The position numbers were made by a program, and so were the translations under genes. From positions 630,001 through 662,000 of the forward strand of contig CP012986.1 in NCBI GenBank assembly GCA_001761425.1: 32,000 bases of DNA, written 5' to 3'. The DNA is from Candidatus Saccharimonadota bacterium (GTDB lineage Archaea; Nanohalarchaeota; Nanosalinia; Nanosalinales; Nanosalinaceae). This document shows, in pieces, positions 1 through 6,894 of the stretch (the first letter of the stretch is position 1; every line of letters starts with the position of its first letter). The notes beneath the pieces were generated by a model that was not told the origin of the DNA, made no database searches, and saw nothing but the letters and a program-made list of their open reading frames with translations.

Positions 1-1
1 G

Positions 2-370
2 ATCGCTCTCTCCTCGGAAGGTGATGCACGCATAGCGATTGGAGTTCTACGTGCAGCGGCCAGGATGGCTGAGGAAAGAGATAAGAAAGAGATTACCCGG
101 GATATGATACAGGAAGCAGTTCCAGAAGCGAAGGACAACAACAAGAAGAAAAACGAAGAGAAACTGAACAACCACCAGGAGAAACTGTACGAAATAGTAA
201 ACGAGGAAGAAGAGATCCAGCCCGGCGATCTCTACGAAAAATACAGAGAAGCCATGGATGAACCGAAAAGCGACAGGATGCTCAGAAAATACCTTCAGAA
301 AATGGATCACTACAACCTGATAGAAGCCGAAGGAGAAGGTCGCTGGCGAAAATATCGGTCAGTGGAATGA
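2..370 (+). CDS. Orc1/Cdc6-family replication initiator, C-terminal part (5' end lies outside the window)
   Basis: The frame is open from the window edge. The translation IALSSEGDARIAIGVLRAAARMAEE carries the GDAR-type lid motif of Orc1/Cdc6 AAA+ proteins. A winged-helix-like tail follows (LYEKYREAM...RMLRKYLQKMDHYNLIEAEGEGRWRKY). The ORF track shows only the internal-Met version 65..370. Confidence 0.7.
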   Translation: MALSSEGDARIAIGVLRAAARMAEERDKKEITRDMIQEAVPEAKDNNKKKNEEKLNNHQEKLYEIVNEEEEIQPGDLYEKYREAMDEPKSDRMLRKYLQKMDHYNLIEAEGEGRWRKYRSVE

Positions 371-777
371 AAAAAGGAAGCTACATACTCCTCATAGAAC
401 TGGAGGAAAAAGAAACAGTAAAAATAGGTCCTGGAAACCGGGAACTAGAGAAAGGATTCTACACCTACTTCGGCACTGCATTCGGACCCGGAGGCCTCAA
501 AAGAGTAGAAAGACACAGCAAACAGGCCTCAGGAGAAAAAAATGTAAAACACTGGCATATCGACTACCTGACAACCCTGGAAAAATCAAGGATGATCAAG
601 GCCGTGAAATTCCCGGAGAAAGACCTTGAATGCGAACTCGCATCTCAGGCACAAAACATGATAGAGGCCTTCGGATCCACAGACTGTAAATGCGGTTCAC
701 ACCTCGCATACTTCCATGAAAGAGAGGAAGGAGAGGCCCTTCTGGAGAAGATGAAAGCGAAATACCTTAATTCTTAA
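367..777 (+). CDS. GIY-YIG nuclease superfamily protein, DUF123 family
   Basis: KGSYILLIELEE...GFYTYFGTAFGPGGLKRVERH...HWHIDYL...ECELA...FGSTDCKCGSHLAYF matches the characteristic archaeal DUF123 pattern. The start overlaps the Orc1/Cdc6 stop as ATGA. Confidence 0.8.
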   Translation: MKKGSYILLIELEEKETVKIGPGNRELEKGFYTYFGTAFGPGGLKRVERHSKQASGEKNVKHWHIDYLTTLEKSRMIKAVKFPEKDLECELASQAQNMIEAFGSTDCKCGSHLAYFHEREEGEALLEKMKAKYLNS

Positions 778-802
778 ATCCTGAGACCTTTCCCTCTGTT
801 AA

Positions 803-943
803 GGGCTCTTAGTTCAGTCTGGCAGAACGCCTGCTTCGCAACACCACTTGCTTGAATCTAGGTGAAAGCTGGAGGTTAGAGAAGAACAAAGATCTTCAAA
901 GCGGAATAGCAGGAGGCCTCGGGTTCAAATCCCGAAGGGTCCA
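803..943 (+). tRNA. tRNA-Ala (anticodon CGC) with a ~67-nt intron at the canonical 37/38 position (about 841..907)
   Basis: Acceptor GGGCTCT/AGGGTCC with the G3:U70 alanine identity pair. D arm GTTC/GAAC, anticodon stem CCTGC/GCAGG, loop TTCGCA|A, T arm TCGGG-TTCAAAT-CCCGA, discriminator A. The exons sum to 74 nt, the same as the intronless tRNA-Ala at 15093. No CCA is encoded. Confidence 0.9.
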
Positions 944-1097
944 AATTTATTTCGTCCAGGATTTGATATCCTCCGAGAAGATTCTCTGATCTTCGGACGG
1001 GTTCAAATCATCGAAAATTTCCCTGAGAAATTTTCTGGAGATGCAGAAACTCTGCGAGTTTCGAATCCCGAAGAGTCCAAGTTTATTCCGTCCATGA
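918..1097 (+). repeat. Degenerate direct copies of the tRNA-Ala 3' end plus trailer (fossil att-like repeats)
   Basis: 921-961 GGGTTCAAATCCCGAAGGGTCCAAATTTATTTCGTCCAGGA is echoed at 1056-1097 GAGTTTCGAATCCCGAAGAGTCCAAGTTTATTCCGTCCATGA (about 35/41 identical). A third 12-nt exact piece CGGGTTCAAATC lies at 998-1009. Confidence 0.6.
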
Positions 1098-1109
1098 CTT
1101 TTCCTGGTT

Positions 1110-1469
1110 CTATGCAAGGTTTTCAGGCAATCTGTAGAACAGGTTTTTCCGCGGGTATGATTCGTTCGGCAGGTCCACATGTTTGACCTCTCTTTCAAGG
1201 AGTCCCTGTTCCACTGCTCCGTTCAACAGGTTTTCAAGCCGGTTCCAGTCACTTTCTCCAGCGATCTGTGCCGGTACCCCGCTGTATTCCCCGGTTTCTG
1301 CGTATTTTTCTCTAAGCTTTTTCATCGCGTCCAGAGTGTTGAACTCGTTTTCCTGTATATGACTGGAGTAAAGCCTGTCTCCTGAGTTGTAAAGGCCTCC
1401 AAGATCTTCTACCAGGTTATGTGCTGTATACTGTCCTGTATCTGCGTCCTGAGTTTCTGTGCCTGACAT
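1110..1469 (-). CDS. Hypothetical acidic protein (119 aa)
   Basis: Clean ORF with the acidic composition typical of this window. No family recognised. Confidence 0.5.
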   Translation of the reverse strand: MSGTETQDADTGQYTAHNLVEDLGGLYNSGDRLYSSHIQENEFNTLDAMKKLREKYAETGEYSGVPAQIAGESDWNRLENLLNGAVEQGLLEREVKHVDLPNESYPRKNLFYRLPENLA

Positions 1470-1623
1470 GGGAAAGTAGATATATACCTCACAGTTTAAA
1501 AAGTATTACGTCGTAATATCTTTTCTCTGCGTTCTACTTTACCGGGAAAACACAGGCCTTGATCTGGGAGGGGGATAGTTGATTTACAAAGGTTTTATTT
1601 AAGGCCTTACGGAAGTTAGATGT

Positions 1624-2247
1624 ATGTCATCTAGTATTCAGGAGTTGCTGGCGGATGGTGAGCAGGTTCAGGTAAGGACCAGTCCATCCATCATGGATTC
1701 GAGTTTTGTAAAGAGCTATGTTGTTGCCTCTGTACTGGCGATAGGCATCTTTGTGACTTCTGTCCTGCCTATCCAGTTGCCGTTCAATAGCCTCTACTTG
1801 AACGTTTTGCTGGTTCTCCCTCTTGGTATTGTTTTGAAGTCGGAGGTTGAGAGAAGGTTTATCAAGTACTTTGTCACCAGTCAGAAAGTTATCGAGAGAA
1901 GAGGAATGCTTAGTCAGACGACGGAAAGCACGATGTATGAAAATATTACAGATGTCAAGCTGAGTAAAGATATCAACGAAAGACTTTTCGACGTCGGAGA
2001 CCTTAAAGTCAACACAGCAGGCCATGACGGGGCCACGATCAGGCTGAGAGGCCTTAAAGATCCTGAACAGTACAAGAGAACTATCGAGAACAATATAAAC
2101 AGAGCAGAAGGCAGTCCTCGGCCAGGACAGCAAAACAGCTTCGGAAGCGGAAACAGTGATATGGGAGGCTCACAGGATGATCTCGGCGGAGGCCTTGAAG
2201 ACTCCGATCTTGGAGGTATCGGTGACGACGATGACTTCGGCCTCTGA
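1624..2247 (+). CDS. Membrane protein with a bacterial PH (bPH_2/YdbS-like) domain and an acidic G/D-rich tail
   Basis: Two N-terminal hydrophobic helices are followed by FIKYFVTSQKVIERRGMLSQTTESTMYENITDVKLSKDINERLFDVGDLKVNTAG, the typical bPH_2 pattern. The tail ends in DDDDFGL. Confidence 0.6.
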   Translation: MSSSIQELLADGEQVQVRTSPSIMDSSFVKSYVVASVLAIGIFVTSVLPIQLPFNSLYLNVLLVLPLGIVLKSEVERRFIKYFVTSQKVIERRGMLSQTTESTMYENITDVKLSKDINERLFDVGDLKVNTAGHDGATIRLRGLKDPEQYKRTIENNINRAEGSPRPGQQNSFGSGNSDMGGSQDDLGGGLEDSDLGGIGDDDDFGL

Positions 2248-3543
2248 TCAGTAAAGACTAGAGTCCGAGGCCTTCATCTCCTCGATATACTTCTGTCCAA
2301 TACCTGTTTCCAGGTCTTTATCCAGCTCCTTCAGTTTTTTCTCCCTCATCTCACCGATCTTGACAGCTCTCAGTACGCTTGTCTCTTCAGGCCTTGGAAC
2401 ATAGCTTATCAGAGCCAGTAATTCAATTTCTTCCTCGCTCAGTGTTCCATCCTTCTTCAGTTCCTGTACTTTCTCTTCTGAGGCCTTTGTAGCTGGATCC
2501 GTACTTTCCTGGTAGTATATAGTCGATTCTCTCGGGTATCCGAGGAATTCGCCTACTCCTCTATCCGAGAAACCGTAGAACCTTCCTTCTGACTGTTCAA
2601 GTCTTTCCAGGGCTTTTTCATCTCTTGCTATGAAGAATCCATCCTTGAACATGCGTGTATCTCTTCTCAAAATTTTGTCCAGTAGCGATCTTTCTCTTCC
2701 TCCTGTGACTCTGTAGCTCAGGTCAAGTTCATTACACAGCTCTTCCAAGGCCTTTTTCTGCTCCATATCAGGGCTCATCACGAGGCTTCCAGGTTTTTCT
2801 CCTGTCAGCATCATCAGTATGTCGTATGTGTGTTCGAAACCGATTTTCTCCGGCAGGTACTTCATGAAGTATTTTTCCAGTTCTCCGGTCTCATACGTCA
2901 TTATGAAGTCGATATAAAGCATCTCTATCTTCTGCTGAGTTACGAAGTTGCGGGCAGAATAGACCTCTTCCTCAAGAATCTGCGAACCGATCTCAAGGCC
3001 TGAATCACTGTCTTTCTGGAGAACAGATTTCTCACGTTCTTTTCCAAGCTCTATAGCCTCCTTAACATTCTCCTCAGAAAGCTCTGGAATGTACTGAACC
3101 AGATACAGGTACTGAAGCTCCTCAACATCTATCTCACCGTCATCAAGAAGCTCTTCAAGAAACTGGATGTATTTCCAGTTCAAACGATTTCCCTGGTACT
3201 CATTAAAAAATTCTACAGCACTTTCAGGATAGCCAAGGAACTCTCCCATAGACTCGACCCTCTCAAGCTCCTCCTCATCACATGAAATAAAGTACTCGTT
3301 TCCTATATCATTTTCTCCAGCTTTCCTGTACTCAAGGCCTGTCAGATCACAGAAGTATTCCAGTTTTGAAGGTCTGTCGGTTATGATGGACGCGCCGGGT
3401 TTTTCACCGTAGAGGACCAGTGTAACTGAGATCCGGGCCTCCGGTTCCAGGCCTTCCCGCAGCTCGTTCATAAGAAGTTTTTTCGCCCTCTCTATCTGTT
3501 TCCTGGATTCGGCATCCATCTTATGTTCGATTATTGTTCTCAA
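2248..3543 (-). CDS. Hypothetical protein (431 aa) built from two tandem copies of an unrecognised ~180-aa module
   Basis: Both halves share ordered motifs: GEKPG, F(I/F)xxDEExLERxE, GEFLGYPxS, EExxxLxL(V/I)xY(I/V)P, A(I/V)xxGxxREK and LExGxGQ. Confidence 0.6.
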   Translation of the reverse strand: MRTIIEHKMDAESRKQIERAKKLLMNELREGLEPEARISVTLVLYGEKPGASIITDRPSKLEYFCDLTGLEYRKAGENDIGNEYFISCDEEELERVESMGEFLGYPESAVEFFNEYQGNRLNWKYIQFLEELLDDGEIDVEELQYLYLVQYIPELSEENVKEAIELGKEREKSVLQKDSDSGLEIGSQILEEEVYSARNFVTQQKIEMLYIDFIMTYETGELEKYFMKYLPEKIGFEHTYDILMMLTGEKPGSLVMSPDMEQKKALEELCNELDLSYRVTGGRERSLLDKILRRDTRMFKDGFFIARDEKALERLEQSEGRFYGFSDRGVGEFLGYPRESTIYYQESTDPATKASEEKVQELKKDGTLSEEEIELLALISYVPRPEETSVLRAVKIGEMREKKLKELDKDLETGIGQKYIEEMKASDSSLY

Positions 3544-3831
3544 GGTTTAAACCTCGAACTCTCTGGTTTCCAGGCCTGAAAATTTTTCCATTTGAAGGTG
3601 GCTGTGGAGGTTTGCGGGAAAAACCGGATGAAGTTTTTCGAAAAAATTTAGTAGGCATCAAAAGTGGAAGTGATCGATGGCCCGTTATTCAGGCGACTTC
3701 ACGTCAGAGCCGGGTTAGGGATGAGTTAAGGTCTAGAATCTCTGGAATAAGTGGGAGAGGACCGGGCTTCGAGTCCTGAAGGCCTTTCGACAAGTTTCAT
3801 ACTTAAAAGGATTTGAGGCCTTTGTAAGGTT

Positions 3832-4476
3832 ATGAGTTTGAAAATTCTGGTTACCAGTGATTTCCACGCTATCGATGATTTGAAGGAAGCAGCTGTGGAA
3901 GAGGCTAACTCTGGGGATTATGATCTTTTTGTTAATCTTGGAGACTATATGGATGAGGAATATGCCGAGGAGCTTTTCGAAGAGATTGATATTCCGGGGA
4001 TAGGCTGTACCGGTAACAGGGATATGATGTTCAGCGATGAATTTCTTGACAGTTCCGTACCAGTCTACAACTTTCTGGAAGCAGATATTGACGACGAATA
4101 CAAGCTGATTCTTGTGGGAGGAGACTTTCCGGATGAGATCAAGGAAAAAATAAGAGACCTGATAGAGGACCATGACCCCGGAAAAGTCATTATCGGGACA
4201 CACTACCCGCCGAAGAAACTGGGCGACAGAGTACACTCCGGTAAAAGAATAGGTTTCGACCAGTTCAGAGAACTCATAATTAAACACAAACCAGCTCTCT
4301 GGATGAGCGGACACGTCCACGAAGACTTCGGGGAAAAAAGCCTTATGGGCACCACAGTCCTCAACGCAGCGGCAGAATCCACAGGAAAGGCCTACTCTGT
4401 GACTATCGGTGATGAAGGAGGAGTAGAAGAGGTTAAAGAGGTAAAGCTAGTAGAAAATACCGAGAAAAATTTATAA
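3832..4476 (+). CDS. Calcineurin-like metallophosphoesterase
   Basis: Motifs in canonical order: SDFH, GDY, GNRD, GTHYPP, GHVHE. Confidence 0.8.
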   Translation: MSLKILVTSDFHAIDDLKEAAVEEANSGDYDLFVNLGDYMDEEYAEELFEEIDIPGIGCTGNRDMMFSDEFLDSSVPVYNFLEADIDDEYKLILVGGDFPDEIKEKIRDLIEDHDPGKVIIGTHYPPKKLGDRVHSGKRIGFDQFRELIIKHKPALWMSGHVHEDFGEKSLMGTTVLNAAAESTGKAYSVTIGDEGGVEEVKEVKLVENTEKNL

Positions 4477-4499
4477 GCCGGATATCCCCATCCTTATCT

Positions 4500-5714
4500 A
4501 TGGGATTAAGTACAGGTGCTGCTTTTTCTGACGCAGATAAACCGGAAAAAATCGGCGAAGAACTGAGCAATGAGCTGGGTGAACAGATATCCAGTCCCAG
4601 GATAATCTTTGTATTCACAAGTTCAGAGTACGCGGAAAAATCTCTTCTCTCGAAGCTGGACAAGGCCTATGAAGAAGCGAGGATAGTAGGATCATCAACC
4701 GGAGGAGAGCTTTACGCAGGCGGGATAGGCACCGGAAACTCCGTGGCTATCGCTCTGGAAGGAGACTTGGAAGTAGGTGTAGGCGTCGGAAAAGGCATCT
4801 CCGATGATGAACGCAAGGCAGGAATGACAGCAGCTGGTAAGGCCTTGACAGATCTTGATGAGGATTACTATATCACCAACGAACTTCATAAGAGAGGTAT
4901 CGAGTGGGATGAGAAGAATCCTGTCAGCTTCACTGTCTTTTCCACCGCTCTCACAGGAAACGGCTCGGAGGTTATGAGAGGAGTACAGGAAGTCCTTGGA
5001 AGAGGAGCACAGGTCACCGGCGGAATAGCCGGAGACGACTGGAAACTGGACCAGACCTATGTCTACAGAGACGGTGAAGTGATAACCGACGGTCTCGTGG
5101 TCACAGCTATAGATTCAGTGTACCAGACCTCTCATGGAGTAAAACACGGCCTTGAGAAGACAGACCACCGGTACAGAGTGACCAGCTCAGAGAACAATAT
5201 CGTGGAGGAGCTCGATGAAAGGCCTGCAGCGGACGTCTATGAGGATGTATTCGGAGCCAAGGGGCGAACAGCGAATTTTATAATGACCAAGCCTCTCGGA
5301 ATAGAGACAGCGGAAGAGGAGCCGAGAGCAAGAGATCCTCTGGATGTACAGGACGATGGAAGCATCGTTTTCGCCGCAGAGATCCAGGAAGGAAGCCTGG
5401 TCTACATGCTGGAAAGCCCTGAGGAACAGGTCATAGAAGCAGCAAGAACCGCTGCTGAGAAAGCCATCGAAAACGCAGGTAACCCTGATAAGGAAGACAT
5501 CAAAGGCGTGATCATGCACGACTGCGTCTGCAGATGGAACTGCCTTAAAAATGATGAAACAAGAGAGAAAGAGGTAGAGGCTGTAAAAGACGTGGTCGGC
5601 GAAGACACGAGTATAGTAGGATGGTACACATACGGTGAGATCGCCCTGCCCCGTGCACTGGCCGGAGTCCACAACCAGACCATGGTCCTGCAGCTCTTCA
5701 CGGAGAGTGAATAA
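4500..5714 (+). CDS. FIST-domain (FIST_N/FIST_C) sensory protein
   Basis: 404 aa. N-terminal IIFVFTSSEY...GSSTGGE and C-terminal GWYTYGEIA...HNQTMVLQLF resemble FIST N and C domains. Confidence 0.6.
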   Translation: MGLSTGAAFSDADKPEKIGEELSNELGEQISSPRIIFVFTSSEYAEKSLLSKLDKAYEEARIVGSSTGGELYAGGIGTGNSVAIALEGDLEVGVGVGKGISDDERKAGMTAAGKALTDLDEDYYITNELHKRGIEWDEKNPVSFTVFSTALTGNGSEVMRGVQEVLGRGAQVTGGIAGDDWKLDQTYVYRDGEVITDGLVVTAIDSVYQTSHGVKHGLEKTDHRYRVTSSENNIVEELDERPAADVYEDVFGAKGRTANFIMTKPLGIETAEEEPRARDPLDVQDDGSIVFAAEIQEGSLVYMLESPEEQVIEAARTAAEKAIENAGNPDKEDIKGVIMHDCVCRWNCLKNDETREKEVEAVKDVVGEDTSIVGWYTYGEIALPRALAGVHNQTMVLQLFTESE

Positions 5715-5717
5715 AGA

Positions 5718-5999
5718 TTGGACGATAGCCAGATAGCTGAGATAGCTATACAAAATCAATCCGACCTATCCAGTGAAGAACTGGCAGTGAGACAGGCAAA
5801 CCAGGTAGAAGGCCTCCAGGTGAACGACGAAGGAGAGGTAGAATCATTCAATGGAGACAAGAAAGAAATTCTCTCCCAGCTGGTAGAAAAATACGAGGAA
5901 ATGATGGGAAACGTCGCCACGAACCTGATCGCAGAAGAAATGAAAAACAGAGATGTCGAGGCCTCTGAACTGCCTGAAAAACTTTCAGAAAAAATATAA
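5718..5999 (+). CDS. Small acidic protein (93 aa), paralog 1; TTG start 3 nt after the FIST stop and in the same frame
   Basis: ORF with no ATG near its 5' end. The only plausible start is TTG at 5718, one codon after the FIST stop TAA (5712-5714). About 50% identical to the frame at 6149..6436. Confidence 0.55.
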   Translation: MDDSQIAEIAIQNQSDLSSEELAVRQANQVEGLQVNDEGEVESFNGDKKEILSQLVEKYEEMMGNVATNLIAEEMKNRDVEASELPEKLSEKI

Positions 6000-6148
6000 T
6001 AGCACCTCTCACCCCGTATCAACTTTTTTATTCTATCAATAAAATCTCTATATATGAGGTTACATATAGGTAACTTTGAACAGGTTGTATCTCCGGGGAA
6101 AAATCTGGACGCTATCAGGCAGTCTATGAGAGAGCTGTCAGGAAGTGA

Positions 6149-6436
6149 GGTACAGTAGAAGCCAGGGAGCTTGCACAGATAGCTATTGAGAAGGAGGCAG
6201 AACTTTCTAACGAGCAGCTTGCGATCAGACAGGCCAACAAAGTTGAAGGCCTTGAGGTTGGAGAAGATGGCGAGGTCAAATCTGTAGACCTGGAGAAATC
6301 AGAGGCCTTGAAACGCCTGATTGAAAACTTTGAGGAGATGATGGGTGAGGTCGCGGCAAATCTGATTGCGGAAGAGATGAAGAGCAAGGAGGTTGAGGCC
6401 TCAGATCTTCCGGAGGAACTGTCGGGACGTTACTAG
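6149..6436 (+). pseudogene. Paralog 2 of the small acidic protein, with no in-frame start codon (frameshifted start, pseudogene or recoded)
   Basis: Translation ...EARELAQIAIEKEAELSNEQLAIRQANKVEGLEVGEDGEVKS...EEMMGEVAANLIAEEMKSKEVEASDLPEELSGRY* aligns along the whole length with 5718..5999. No ATG, GTG or TTG lies between the upstream in-frame TGA (6146) and the internal MM. An ATG at 6126 opens a 10-codon ORF (MRELSGSEVQ*) that is offset by -1. Confidence 0.5.
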
Positions 6437-6486
6437 GTAGTTCGAAAAACCGGGAATTTTTATCTTTTTCTTAACAGAAAGTGTCT

Positions 6487-6885
6487 ATGGATCAGAAAGA
6501 CGAAAAAATCCTTGAAATCCTCAAACAGGATGGAAGAGCGAGCTACACGGATATAGCGGAGGAGGTAAATGTTTCTGAGGGCACGGTCAGGAACCGCGTT
6601 GAAAAGATGCAGGAAAACAGTGTAATAGAGAAATTCAGTGTCCAGACAGGAACCAGAGGCTCCAGGGCAGTAGTCATGGTCGAACTCAGGACAGGAAAGG
6701 ATATAGAAAAAGTCCTGAAAGAGTTCCCGGAGAAAATACAGATAATGGAGGTCGCAGGAGAATACGACCTCGTACTCGAGATAGAAAGGCCTTCAAACAG
6801 AGAGATCAACAACCTGCTCGATGATATAAGAAGTATTGAAGGCGTGGACAGCACAGAGACCTATATGGTCCTCAACGAGAGATAA
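6487..6885 (+). CDS. Lrp/AsnC-family transcriptional regulator
   Basis: An HTH (ILEILKQDGRASYTDIAEEVNVSEGTVRNRVEKM) is followed by an AsnC-type ligand-binding domain. An alternative GTG start lies at 6481. Confidence 0.9.
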   Translation: MDQKDEKILEILKQDGRASYTDIAEEVNVSEGTVRNRVEKMQENSVIEKFSVQTGTRGSRAVVMVELRTGKDIEKVLKEFPEKIQIMEVAGEYDLVLEIERPSNREINNLLDDIRSIEGVDSTETYMVLNER

Positions 6886-6894
6886 AAAATTATT

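Noticed and set aside
780-791. The 12-mer CCTGAGACCTTT directly upstream of tRNA-Ala(CGC) recurs at 16350-16361, behind a TTTAAAC box. This suggests a shared promoter and an unannotated small RNA near 16370-16450.
   Set aside because: A single 12-mer direct match is within chance expectation for this window. I could not find tRNA, C/D-box or other RNA-family features downstream of the second copy.
2140-2247. The C-terminal tail ...DLGGIGDDDDFGL of the PH-domain membrane protein resembles the ribosomal P-stalk tail (DDDMGFGLFD).
   Set aside because: Acidic G/D-rich tails are common in halophile proteins. The match is about 6 residues long and lacks the terminal LF(D/G). There is no supporting context.
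3534-3779. An 81-aa basic ORF in the long divergent spacer.
   Set aside because: Its composition (R/G/S/F-rich, basic) is unlike the acidic proteome. It has no family signature and overlaps the start of the minus-strand gene. It is more likely non-coding.
6126-6158. Pyrrolysine/TAG recoding. This was considered because dual LysRS classes are famous from Pyl-using Methanosarcina, and a TAG ends the mini-ORF before paralog 2.
   Set aside because: Reading through TAG 6156 stays in the wrong frame and hits another TAG 7 codons later. No pylS/B/C/D or tRNA-Pyl is present in the window, and no other gene shows an in-frame TAG.
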